DNA from: Setoptus koraiensis
Taxonomy: Eukaryota; Animalia; Arthropoda
Length of the DNA stretch: 64,000 bases
Assembly (NCBI GenBank): GCA_048013815.1
Contig: CM106585.1
Location: forward strand, 3,224,001 to 3,288,000
Reading direction: 5' to 3'
Shown here: positions 33,209 through 44,967 of the stretch, one piece after another
Position numbering within the stretch: the stretch's first letter is position 1
Layout of the letters: each line of letters starts with the position of its first letter
Program-made: the position numbers and the translations under genes
The notes under the pieces: model-generated
Databases searched by the model: none
Told to the model about the DNA's origin: nothing
Seen by the model: only the letters and a program-made list of their open reading frames with translations

Positions 33209-33712
33209 TTTATCGGTTTGGATGTGCTTGAGCGATGAGAATATTCTCTCTGTGTTGGCGGATGAAGGCCTGAGCTGGGCCAATCTCGAGGCAATATTTT
33301 TGAATTTTGATCTTTTTTGGTGCTTGGCAGGCAAGGTATATTGGCCTCGTTGGGAGCGATAAAGCTGGAACTCGTCCAGCGTGGCGAAGCTCTCCTTCTC
33401 GCTAGCGCCCATTATTGTGCTGATGTCTGTTAATTTCAGTCCAATTTTCTTGTGCGCATCGTCTGTTAGTTTATCAGTCTTGCAAGATAGATCACAACTC
33501 AGGCAAGTCATCAACAAATCTAGGTCACATTTGGAGAAGTGGTAAAGAAACGAATCAAATATGTCCTGCCTGAATTTCTTCTTGAGTGTTGATCCACGGT
33601 ACAGTTCTAAGCCAAACTGTATGAATTTTTCGAACGCTTTGGAAAGCTTGGAATCTCTACCCTCGCTGTAGGCAATGAGCTCACAAAGAGGCTCATACAC
33701 AGCACTCGTCTC
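33209..33712 (-). pseudogene. hAT transposase C-terminal fragment
   Basis: RPSSANTERIFSSL dimerization/catalytic-E motif; similar to KTSSANVERLFS of the intact hAT. Confidence 0.8.
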
Positions 33713-33825
33713 GGTTATAGTAGCGAACAGCGACCACGCCCAATTTGGGTATTTGGGGTATTTTTGGGTAGGGTATTGTACCCTGATACCCGAACAGGTA
33801 TTCCGGAAGTGCGGAAATTCTTCGT
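33713..33825 (-). mobile_element. Solo Merlin MITE end
   Basis: GGTTATAGTAGCGAACAGCGACC plus GGGTATT module, near-identical to 38721 onward. Confidence 0.8.
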
Positions 33826-34129
33826 TTCACAATCCGAACTTCGAACTTCGAAATTCGAAACTGAAAATTCAAATTTCTGATGATAGTTTCATCTGCTTCG
33901 TTGAAGTTCGATGATCCGATTTCGATAGTGGTGGGCAATCAACATGTGTATCATGCTGCGATAGAAATTTAAAGAACTTGTATTTATTTGGTCGCTCCTC
34001 GGCTGCTCTGATCTGACAAGCATAGTTGTTTATCTCCGACATGTTATCACATACTCCGGTCTATGTTCCAAGGATACTCGTTTATCCAAAAAATTAAGCG
34101 CTCGAGATACTGATTGAATCAGTATCACT
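33826..34129 (+). mobile_element. HINE-like 3' fragment
   Basis: Internal TTCGAA-rich repeats, AAAATTAAGCGCTC and GATACTGATTGAATCAGTATC stem-loop. Confidence 0.7.
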
Positions 34130-34250
34130 TGTTATATTTGCATTAGTGTACAATTCAATGTAACATAAGATATACCGTTCCGCAGGGCGGTAGGTAGTTC
34201 CACGTTGTGGGCGTGGTAGGTATGCGGTGTGACGGTGCGGCATTACAGAG

Positions 34251-34998
34251 TGTTGGAATACTGTGCGCTTCTACGTGCTATGCTGCTCCGTGTTGTAGTA
34301 TCATGCTTCCACCAGGTGCCGTAGAGTGGAGCTTCACAAGGTCATTATATCGTGGCTCACCTTGACATTCAACAAACTTACAATGACCCACTTTCGCTTC
34401 TATAATTAGCCAAGACAGATTTATTACAAACTATTTTTAGCATGCATATATAACCAAGATCTATGTTCGTAACCATCCAAATCATAATCACAATATACAC
34501 CATATAAATACAAGTGTAAACCTTACATAAACAGATTAGTAACAAATAAACAAACAGCAAAACCACAACTCCAAGTTACTCATTCCAATAGGTTAACAGC
34601 CAAATTTGGTGGCTAACCAAATCTGCGCTCGCAACTCCAAAATCATGTCCGACACAATGAAAACTCTCTCCATCACAAAGTTAAATGGAAACAACTACCC
34701 TAGTTGGAGATTCATCATAGAGAAAGTAATAAATCATAGAAAATTCAAAGAAGTCGTGTTCAATGAAATCACTTCCGAAAATCAAACAAAATACGCAGAT
34801 AAAGAGACGGAAGCTCAAGAATTATTAGCTAGTACTCTCGAACCACACATTGTGACAAAAGTACTAACATGCAAGACAGCTCAGCAGATATGGGCACGCA
34901 TCGAAAGCATCTATCAACTCAAGGGCGAAGGCAATGTAGAAGCCTTACTAACGAAATTCTGGGGCTTAAAAATGAATAATGGCGAAGAAATGGCCAGC
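34251..34998 (+). mobile_element. gag: Ty1/copia 5' LTR (34251-34590) plus truncated gag (34645-34998)
   Basis: LTR TGTTGGAATA...ATTCCAATA followed by GGTTA; gag ITKLNGNNYPSWRF...AQQIWARIESIY typical of copia. Confidence 0.8.
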
Positions 34999-35705
34999 TG
35001 AAAATCAAGGAAGAAGACGTTCATAAGACAGCATTTGTCATCAAGAACGGTCTATACGAGTGGTTGAGAGTGCCATTCGGCCTGAAAAACGCGCCGGCAG
35101 TGTTCCAGAGAGCTATAGAGGCAGTTCTTGAACCATGCAAACAGTTCGCAATGGTGTACTTTGATGACATTGTGATTCACTCTAGGAATAGCAATGAACA
35201 CTTCGTCCATCTACGAGCAGTATTTGAGTGCCTGAAGAAAGCCGGAATCAAACTGAGCCCCAAGAAGTGCATATTCATGACTGATAGAATCAGCTACTGT
35301 GGGACCGTCATTGAGAATGGTACGATCAGTCGAGATGAGCAATATGTTGAGAGCATAGCTAAATTGGAGAGACCGGCAGATCAGAGTGAACTCAACAGGT
35401 TCCTAGGGCTGGTCGGATATTCGCGTCAATACATCAAGAACTTTGCCAGCATTGCTCAGCCGCTCAATGACCTCAAACGGAAAGATGTGGAGTTCGTTTG
35501 GTCACCAGAATGTGAGGAGGCTTTCATCCGATTGAAGAGAGACATCATGTCGGCGGAATGCCTGGCGATCTATGATCCAACTCTGGACACCAAGCTTTAC
35601 ACAGATGCATCAGGATATGCTGTTGGAGGAGCGCTAGTTCAATCAAATGGAATCGAAGAGCGAGTAGTAGGTTACTTTAGCCGAACTTTAGATGAGCACC
35701 AGAAG
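34999..35705 (+). pseudogene. pol: Second copy of gypsy A RT-RNaseH fragment
   Basis: Near-identical to 3362-3576 but continues through the element-B insertion site (CATCTACGAG) into RT thumb and YTDASG RNase H. Confidence 0.9.
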
Positions 35706-36218
35706 AGACCTATCTTCTCACAGAAACTCGGTGACAGGACCGAGACGGATGAGGCTGAATCGTACAGAGCAGCAGCATACACTCTCTTGGACTCGATGCC
35801 CAGTTGTACCGGTATATGCCAGAACTCTTCAACCTTCTCCGTACCTTCGGCTAATTGCTATAACTGCGACTGTTCGCTAGTACTAGCAACTACGCCGCTA
35901 TCCTCTCTCCGCTCAGCGAACGATGGTCTGTTCTTCTTGGGGGCCGGGCAGTCTGCTATCAGATGCCTATCTGATTGGCAATTGAAACAGCGCAAACGCT
36001 CTCTTCTGTCGAATCGCCTCTTGATACCTCGTGTCTCCAGGTTGTGCAACTCACCTCTTGACTCATTGCCAAGCCTCGACTCTATGCCGACCTGTGACTC
36101 ATTGCCACTTCCTTTGCTTTCCAATGCTGCACAAAACTTCTTTGGTTTTGCCGGTTTGGCCACTATCAATATCATGTTTTCGATCCAATCAGACAACGAG
36201 CGTGATTTGGCCACCGCA
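35706..36218 (-). pseudogene. gag: Inverted gypsy A gag-protease fragment
   Basis: Reverse complement of about 2185-2693 with a few substitutions. Confidence 0.9.
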
Positions 36219-36375
36219 TTCACCAGACCTGACCGCCCTGGATTTCTATCTATGGGGTATATTGAAAGAGAAGTTTCATGGCTCAGAAATCACACATACT
36301 AGTCAGATGAGAGCTCTGAGAGGAGCAATATGTCGAGAGTTAGCGCTAATCGACCAGGAAGAATCAGCTTCATGA
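36208..36375 (+). pseudogene. Tc1/mariner-superfamily transposase C-terminal fragment
   Basis: WPPHSPDLTALDFYLWGILKEK matches the WPPRSPDL..DF.LWG motif. Confidence 0.78.
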
Positions 36376-36379
36376 CGTG

Positions 36380-36625
36380 TCTGAGAGAAATGTTTCGTCG
36401 ATCAATCAAGGATTGTGCCAGTATCTCAACAGGTGGCTTGAACCTATTGACTATCGCACACACCACGTCTAAGTCTTGTTTGAGAGTTGCAATATTGTTA
36501 TTCGCTATGACATTACTGAAGAATTTAATAATTTGATGCGTCCATGAACCGCCTCCACCGCTCATCTGATTGAAGTCACTTGCCTGGACCTATTGGCGTC
36601 GTCTGACTCCGGTTGCTTCTAATTT
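36380..36625 (-). pseudogene. Harbinger/ISL2EU-like (DDE_Tnp_4) transposase C-terminal fragment
   Basis: Manual translation ANRSRQVTSIR*AVEAVHGRIK, then after a frameshift DLDVVCAIVNRFKPP. Confidence 0.5.
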
Positions 36626-36641
36626 TTCGCGATGAAGCAAG

Positions 36642-37064
36642 GGGCGTTGTAGCGAGTAGCGACCCAGTCAGATTTCGAAGAAACTTCACAAATGGAGCCC
36701 GTAAGGCCCCCTGACCACAGTTTGAGTGGTCCGGAAGTGCGGAAACTTTCGGTTCCAGTTTTACAAAAAATTTGAGATACAGATTTGAAACTCTCTAGAT
36801 AACTGAAACCGTGTATGCGGAGTACGATTATGTCTATTTCAAGTCTGTACGACTTCCGGTTCACGAGATATTTGGTTAGAATTGCTGAGAGGGCGTTGAC
36901 GGGACGAACTGTCCGCGCGCCTAAATGTATGCGTGCGCTCCGAGGCTTATGCAATTCATCACACAAGTGGAGACAGTTTCTCGCGTAGTGATGAGTGGCA
37001 GACATCGAGAATTGATAAGACTTGCACAGATTGTGTATGGCACAGTGCAAGCTGTTTCTAGAAA
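36642..37064 (+). mobile_element. Merlin 5' end fragment
   Basis: GGGCGTTGTAGCGAGTAGCGACCCAGTCAG, close reverse complement of the autonomous end at 1320-1451. Confidence 0.8.
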
Positions 37065-37494
37065 GGACGACTTGCATTTAGGGTCTCCAGAATCAAACTG
37101 GTCTGACATACATGAATATAGTATTTTCGTGATCGGAAGAGCCTCCTGATCACGAATATACCAATTGCATCATCCTTCAGTTCGACGTTAAGCCACTAGG
37201 CGGCGTTGCTGTTTTTCGCTTTGGGGGCCTCTGGAGCCCCAGTCTCTTGTCATAGAGACTCGTTCCTGGTATCGTTGGATAGATCTTTGGAAGACGCATC
37301 TATAGAGGGTATAATTTTTCCCTAGACTTGAATCCAAGTCCGGAAAGAAAACAAAAGAAAACTTTGGCCCCATTTTGTGGGGCCCCAAGAATGTCCGCCC
37401 AGAGATTTGACAGCTCATAAAAATAGCCCTATATGAGAGCTTCAAAATGATATATAATACAACGAAATCAAATTGAACGCCGATGACCAAAAAT
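37065..37494. mobile_element. Spy-like element, single TIR
   Basis: AAA|GGAC start; near-identical to 22804-23230. Confidence 0.75.
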
Positions 37495-37844
37495 GCTGAA
37501 TCATAATAATTGCTGTCTCTGCATTTCTTCTCCTTGTATTGTATATCATTGGTGTGTAGATGCTGTCGTTAAGCTACCATTTGTTATTGGGAGAGCGGTT
37601 GAAGCGGATCAAGCTGTTATATCCGATGCTTTCGTCCCCATCATTCAGCCGGTTATATATAATGGTCATTTCTTCGCTGCAGTTTCGGGATCTAGTGACC
37701 CACTTCATCCAGTTCTCGATATTGTATTTTATACTTGGATATTCACAGTTTTCGATTTTCAGAGTCACGCGCTGTGTCAAAGAGATTAAAGCGATCAGAG
37801 ACTGTACTGTATATTCTACTTATTGTATTTTATTGATACTGAGA

Positions 37845-37990
37845 TACAAGTGATCTTTTTGGCATTACTGCTCTCCCTTATATAGTCTCTCCTGTGGGAG
37901 GAGCCTATATAGGGGAGGAGCTTACATTTTATATTAGGCGGAGTCCCATCGTGATGGGAGGAGTCCAGAGCTGCTATGGGAGGAGTTTGT
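37845..37990 (-). promoter_or_regulatory. Second TATA/Inr-like hairpin promoter related to 27056-27239
   Basis: TGGCATTACTGCTCTCCCTTATATAG resembles TGGCAGTGCTGCCCCCTTATATAG; hairpin about 37873-37917; minus-strand TCACTT about 33 nt after TATATAA. Confidence 0.45.
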
Positions 37991-38559
37991 GCTTTTACTG
38001 TGTGCTTGCAAACATAAGCACTAGTGCAATCAGTGCCTAGTGAGTGTGTAGGAGTACAGGAATCGGCAGAGTCAAATCATCCTAGTGATGACATGTTTAG
38101 CATTTAGATAGTTTACCACAAGGACTCCAGTGAATTCGTCAAAGTCCTTCAGGAGACAGCTGGCACTGTGACACACATGTTCTGTGCGAGACTAATCCAT
38201 TTTCTGTTTCTAGTATTGGCGCTTTGGGCTTTTTTCGGGCTCAAAGGATAAATGAGTATGAGCCATTTTTGAAACTGTTCTCACCAGGATATTCTCCTAG
38301 TACTTCCTAGAGACAGCTAGCACTGTCTCATACACGATCTGTGCAAGTCTAATCAACTTTCTGTTTGTAGTATTTGCGCTATGGACTATTCTGAATCATG
38401 TGAGCTCATACAATGTATGTGATATCTGATCAGATATGCTCATACAGTACGTGGCATTTTCGGAACTGTTCTCACCAGAATAAATTCTTGAAACTTCCTA
38501 AAGACAGCTAGCACTGTATCAGAATACGAACGCCCCTCCAGAATACAACTCACGCAAGT

Positions 38560-40560
38560 CCTGATACCAAAAGAAGTTAGTGACATAGACCTCAAATTGA
38601 CAGTTAAAATAGACACTGCCGAGTCCAATTCTCTTGGCATTGAATTCGACTTGAGGACAGATGCAAATTCAGAGGCCGCATTCGCCTTCATATTAAACAC
38701 ACGGCAACATGAGAAATTCGGGTTATAGTAGCGAATAGCGACCACGCCCAATTTGGGTATTTTGGGTATTTCTGGGTAGGATATTGTACCCTGATACCCG
38801 AACAGGTATTCCGGAAGTGCGGAAATTCTTCGTTACCGAGATACCCGAGGTACCGCATACTGGGTATTTTAGGGTATTAGAGGGCATATTGAGGGTAAAG
38901 TCGGCCGTACCTATCCGCTAGGACATCCGGTCAGATGCTGAGGTCCTCGCATCGAAGAAAAATCATTCCTAGAAGCCACAGGAAGCGAATGAAAGCGGTC
39001 AAAGTGAAGAGGCGTGGCCAATGCGCGCGGCGCGGAGTACAACTGCCCGCAGTTAGTGAGACCACCCACCGAGTCCTAGCACTACTGAGGATGATGAAAG
39101 TTGAATAAAGGCTTAGCCCTGACTTTTTCGACGCTTTCGACCTCGCGGACCGCGCTGACTCGGAACTCCGCTCGTACTGACCCCTATTCCGATCTTTACC
39201 GACTCGGCCTTCGGCCTCGCGAGCTTGCCTCGCTTCGGGTTGAGGGCTTCGCCCTCAACCCTCGCTCGAACCGACAACCCCGGCCTTCGGCCGAGTAATT
39301 GTCACACACCCGAACACCAGAAACAATGCGAATGCGTGCCAGGCTGAGTGCGGCTCGTGAGACGTCAGATGTGTTTCGAATTGCATGACCGGAAGTTGGT
39401 CCAACAGTGAATGGTGGATATCTCCTGAGTGGATGATTGTGAGGGTGAGATTCTAACCGCATGTTGACGGTGGCAACTGGACCTATTCGAAAATACCTAA
39501 ATTTCTAGTCTGAGGCACTCCTGAGGCCCGGAAAATGCTTTTCCCCGTATCTCCGGAAGTAGAAATTTCCGCACTTCCGGACCTTCAAAAACGTTCTTTG
39601 GGGCCGCGAAGCGGCCCTTGTGTGGAGTTTGAAGGGAATCGGGCTTGGTCGTTGTTCGCTACTACACCCGAAATTCGTTCTTCAGCTGACAAAAGAGTCC
39701 GACAAATGACATACTGGATCATTCATCGCTGGCCTCCTAAAACGTGTTATAAAGAAGATAGGCTTGACCAAGATAATCAACATAATATCCGACGGTGCAT
39801 CAGAGTGTGTTCTAGCGAGAAAGCTCATCACTGACGAACACTCAACCATAATAAGTACGCGCTGTCTCGCCCACTTGGCTAATTTGATCGGGCAGAAGTC
39901 ATTACAATTATCTGGAATGGACCCGATTGTGAAGAAAGCAGACACCTTTGTATCGTTTATCAATAGGTAAAAGATACTCAAGGCACATCTACAAGCAAAG
40001 GGAGTTAGGAAATTGAAAAACATGTATCCAACCAGATGGTACTCATCAAACATAACGGTCAAGAGCTTGCAAAAGGCCAAACAGGAACTCTTTTCGTGCT
40101 AGGAACCGACACTCTTCAGTGACTTCGAAGACATATTTACATCAAGTGATTTCAGAAATAGCCTAGATGAGATGTCCGAACTCCTGGATCCGCTCTGCGA
40201 GACCATGGCCATCTGTGAAGGAAATTATACCAACGTATCACAGGCCTACTACTCTCTGATCACATCTGGTAAAATTTGCTACGAACGCTCGCACAAACAG
40301 ATCATGGCGTGGGGTTGTTACGCTCTTATGAGCTACATCAACAAATTGAATATAGACCCGATATATTCGGCTGCATTCATTTTGGACCCTCGCTGTAGGA
40401 GGGAATACGTAACAAAGGATGGTATCATTCATGGGATGGAGGCCCTGACAGACGTCGCATTGGGAATGAATATGCAGCAATCGACCGAAGACAAATGAGA
40501 GATATGTTGATGAATGAGTACAAGAGACAATGGGAAATTCAATCTAGAAATAAACATGGC
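38560..40560 (+). pseudogene. Degenerate hAT transposase interrupted by a Merlin MITE
   Basis: SLGIEFDLRTD, IISDGASECV, RCLAHLANLI, TRWYS, AAFILDPR align with the intact hAT (EFDFWSD, ITDQGAN, RCMAHYCNLI, VRWYS, TYFLDPK); stops and frameshifts. Confidence 0.82.
38721..39669 (-). mobile_element. Merlin-family MITE (lacks the shared core, has a different hairpin cluster)
   Basis: TIRs GGTTATAGTAGCGAA / TTCGCTACTACACCC; TSD GAAATTCG (38713-38720, 39670-39677). Confidence 0.92.
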
Positions 40561-40598
40561 TATACGATGGTTCCGCTCTATTTGGTTTGTCTGTTTTT

Positions 40599-40925
40599 TA
40601 GCGCTTGATTTTAATTAAGCGACTACTGGGGTAGTGATGTTGGATACGTTTATTCACGTGACTATGTAATACTATGGAGGTTTGACTTGGTCAGATTTGT
40701 GAAAATCCTGAAATTCTGCTAAACATTACACATGTATTCCTATGGAGATTCGACTTGGTCTATTATTTCTTCACTCGAAAATATTTCGTATGTAATTCTA
40801 TGCGGATTTGACTCGGTCAAAATTGTGAGAAGTTCGGTGGTATCAATCCAAACTCTTGATAAGAGTTTCAGCTGCTCGTTCCAAGTTCGTGGTTCAGTGT
40901 TCGATAATCGATGGTCGGAATTACA
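40599..40925 (+). mobile_element. HINE-like 5' fragment
   Basis: TAGCGCTTGATTTTAATTAAG plus shared 5' block. Confidence 0.7.
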
Positions 40926-41164
40926 TGGTAACTACTGAACGTGGAGAGTAGCCGAAAAGATAACAGAATAATTCCTAGTTCTCCAAATTGCTATTGCAGC
41001 ATGATTAACATGTTGATTGTTGCGTAAGAAATTTAGTAAGATTCTAATGGTCAGTTTCGCCGCCATGAGTAAGTCAGTTAGACACACCAATTAGTCAATT
41101 GCGCACACTTTGTTATAGTGCATCGATTTCGAAGATCGGGTTGTGACCATCAAACTTCTACCAT

Positions 41165-41725
41165 CGAACTAAGAACACTGATCAACTAACTTTGAGCGAG
41201 CAGCTGGAACTCTCATCAGGAATTCGAATTTTCAATTTTCGAATTTCGAATCGTTACCATCGAACACCGACCAAGGAACTCCGAACGAGCAGTAGTAACT
41301 CTTATCAGGAATTCGAATTTTCGAATTTCGAACACTGACCATCGAACATCGAACGAGCAGACGAAACTATCATTGGGAATTCAAATTTTCAATTTGCGAA
41401 GTTCGAATTGTTACCATCGAACTCCGACCATCGAACGTCGAACGGGCAGATGGAACTGTCATCAGGAATTCAAATTTTCAATTTCGGATTTCGATTTGTC
41501 ACCACCGAACCCCTCACCTAGTCAAATCTCCATAGGATTGCATACGAATAATTTCGAGTGAAGCGATAACAGACCAAGTCGAATCTACATAGGAATACAT
41601 GTATAATGTCTAGCAGGATTCTCACAAATTTGACTAAGTCAAACCTCCATAGGATTACATAGTCACGTGAATAAACGTATCCAACATCACTACCCCAGTA
41701 GCTACTCAATTAAAACTAAGCGCTA
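41165..41725 (-). mobile_element. HINE-like 5' fragment, inverted
   Basis: Reverse complement of the 43376 block with internal TTCGAA repeats; truncates the env of element E. Confidence 0.72.
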
Positions 41726-43375
41726 ACATGGTGTCCAACGAGGACACAATTACTTCTCGAAATCGGTTGTTGCAATAACCAACGATCTTGTCGTCAACCG
41801 CTGCGTTACCTGTTACATTATTGAACAATTTTTCACAGGGGTTCACAATAACTAGGTTTAGGTTCCACTCTTTTATTCCCCCTATGTGTGGAAACCTTGT
41901 ATTTCTCCATAGGATGGAATCTACTTTGTTGAAGTCTGCATTTGTGACACTGCACAAAGAGAGTAGCATTATGCAGGCCACCGCCGCGTTCAGCCTCTGG
42001 TTTGTTGCCGGAGTCGTTCCTCTTTCTACAAACTTCTTCAGCCGATCTACATGGGCGAGAATTTTCTTTTTCTTTTTTAGTTTTTCGTCCAGTAGTTTTA
42101 GACTATAAATGTTATTGTCTGAAACTTTAATGACTTCGTATGGCCCATAAAATCTGTCTGTTAACTTCCGTTCAGCTGTCTTTCTCGGAGGGAAATAAAC
42201 CAGAACTTTATCTCTTTCTGAGAACGAGACTTTTCTTCATTATTTCTTTATAATTTTTGTCCGAACGACGTGCCGTTTCCTTTAGCCATTCCAGCTTCTT
42301 CGCTAACTCGCTGACATACTTTTCCTCTTTATTGTTATTGTTTAATGGGTCCGATGGTAGGACAGCCTGTCGGCCATAAGTCAGCTCGAACGGGGACACA
42401 TTAGTTGCCGAATGTTTCGCGTTGTTGATGGCGAAAACAGCCATCGGCAGTGCTTCCTCCCATTCATCTTCTTCTGATATGATGAGCGCCAATTTCTCCT
42501 GCAAGGAGCGATTAACGCGCTCCACCATACCATTGCCTTTGCTATGGTATGGTGTAGACTTTAGTTGTTTAATCTCCATTATTTTTGTGATTTCGTCCAG
42601 TAATTTATTGGCAAAACCACTGCCGTTGTCTGTAAGGAGGACAGATGGTGTCCCAAAGCGGCAGACGATTTTGTTGATTATAAATTTCGCGACTGTTCCA
42701 GCACTAACGTCCTTCGTCGCTTCTGCCTCTACCCAACGGCTAATCATATCAATGGCAACTAGTATATATTTGTTGCCGTTCGAGGTCGTCCTCCGTTCCC
42801 CTATAAAATCCAATGCATACATTGTAAATGGGTCGTTGGACGTTGGGGAACACATAAGTCCCTGCTGCTTGACTTGGCCTGTTTTGCGCCTCAGGCAGTC
42901 TTCACAGGATTCAATGACTTTTTCGACATCTGCCGCTATCTCGGGCCAGAAATACTTCCTTCTTATCAACTCGACTGTGTTTTTAATGCCCGGATGGGCC
43001 GCCATTTTATTGTTATGGTGTAAATCTATTATCTCTCTGCGACGAGCAGATGGTACACATAGTTTCCCATCTCTGGTGTAGATAATGTTGTTTATCATTT
43101 TGAAGCCAGGGTCTCCGGCTTCAAATCTTTCTTTTAATAGCCTGATAAATTCGTCCCGAGAACTGTCTGCCAACCAGGCTTTGTTCTCCACGGGGACTAT
43201 GGCGTTCACGCTCGGAAAAACAAATCTCTCTTCGACGCCGTATGGTAGATCTATAGGTGCTCTTGACAAGCAGTCCACGTCCGCTTGGTTCTTGCCACTG
43301 ATATATCTAATGTTGAGATTAAATTCTTGTAATTTTAGTGCCCAGTGAGCAATCTTCCTTGGCAGATCGGCTTTT

Positions 43376-44550
43376 TAGCGCTTAATTTTAATTAAGTAGC
43401 TACTGGGGTAGTGATGTTGGATACGTTTATTCACGTGACTATGTAATCCTATGGAGGTTTGACTTAGTCAAATTTGTGAGAATCCTGCTAGACGTTACAC
43501 ATGTATTCCTATGTAGATTCGACTTGGTCTATTATCGCTTCGAATTTCTGATGATAGTTTCAGGTGCTCGTTCGATGTTCGATGGTTGGAGTTCGAAGTT
43601 CGATGGCCAGAGTTCGGTGGTCAGACTTCGATGGTCACAATTCGAAATTCGAATTGGAAATTCGAATTTCTGATGATAGTTCCATCTGCTCGTTCGATGT
43701 TCGGTGGTCATTGTTCGGTGGTCAGAGTTCGATGGTCACATTTCGAACTTCGAAATTCGAAATTGAAAATTCGAATTTCTGATGGGAGTTTCAGCTGCTA
43801 GTTCGAAGTTAGTGGTTCAGTGTTCTTAGTTCCATGGTCAGAGTTCGGTGGTCACATTTCGAACTTCGAAATTCGAAATTGAAAATTCGATTTTCTGATG
43901 ACAGTTTCAGCTGCTTCGTCGAAGTTCGATGGTCAGGGTTCCGTGGTCAGAGTTCGATGGTGACAATTCGTATTTCGAATTTCGAACTTCGAAATTGAAA
44001 ATTGAAAATTCGATTTTCTGAAATGAGTTTCATCTGCTCTGTCGAAGTTGGATGGTCAGAGTTCGGTGGTCGCAATTCGAACTTCGAACTTCGAAATTGA
44101 AAATTCGATTTCCTGATGATAGTTTCATCTGCTCGTTCGAAGTTCGATGGTCAGAACTCGGTGGTCAGAGTTCGGTGGTCAGACTTTGATGGTCACAATT
44201 TGAACTTGGAAATTCGAAAATACCAATTCCTGATGATAGTTTCAGGTGCTCGTTCAGAGTTCCTTGGTCAGTGTTCAATGGTCGGAGTCCGATGGTAACA
44301 ATTTGAACTTCGAATATTGAAAATTCGAATTCCTCATAAGAGTTCCAGCTGCTCGCTCACATGTTTATCTTGCTGCGATAGAAATTTGGAGAACTTGTAT
44401 TCATTCTGTCATCTTTCCGGCTACTCTGATCTGACAGGCCTAGATGTGTATCTCCTACATATTGTCACATGCTCGCATCCACATTCCGACGATACTCGTC
44501 TATCTAAAAAATTAAGCGCTCGAGATACTGATTGAATCAGGATCACTTGT
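43376..44550 (+). mobile_element. HINE/Helentron-like element, full length, inserted in a T-run of RNase H
   Basis: Both subTIRs plus 3' stem-loop; flanks rejoin to DHCALCAINK-KADLPRKIAHW; interior has degenerate about 110-bp repeats. Confidence 0.8.
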
Positions 44551-44967
44551 TTATTTATTGATGGCGCATAGCGCACAGTGGTCTGTCCACAGGACGACCG
44601 ATTTACCATAAATATACGGGCGAAATTTCTCGACGGAGAACACAATAGCCAAACACTCCAACTCGGTTACGGGGTATTTGGCTTCAGCGTCCTTCAGCCG
44701 TCGGCTGGCGCAGGCCACAATTTTCTTTCTCCCGTCTGCTTCCTCTTGGAGTAGAATGGCCCCGATGTTAGTCCGGCTGGCGTCGGTTTTTATTTCAAGC
44801 TTCGCGTTTGGATTATAATGGGCAACGCCTTTTGAATTCAACAGAGTTTCAATTAACATCTGGTGTGCAACTGAATGCTTCTGGGTCCATTCCCACGGTA
44901 CTTTTTTCAGTAGATCTGCGAGCGGCCCTGAAATTTTGGCGTAATTGGCTATAAACCTACGGTAGTA

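Noticed and set aside
43430-44350. Short ORFs in HINE interiors
   Set aside because: Translations of degenerate TTCGAA-rich tandem repeats.
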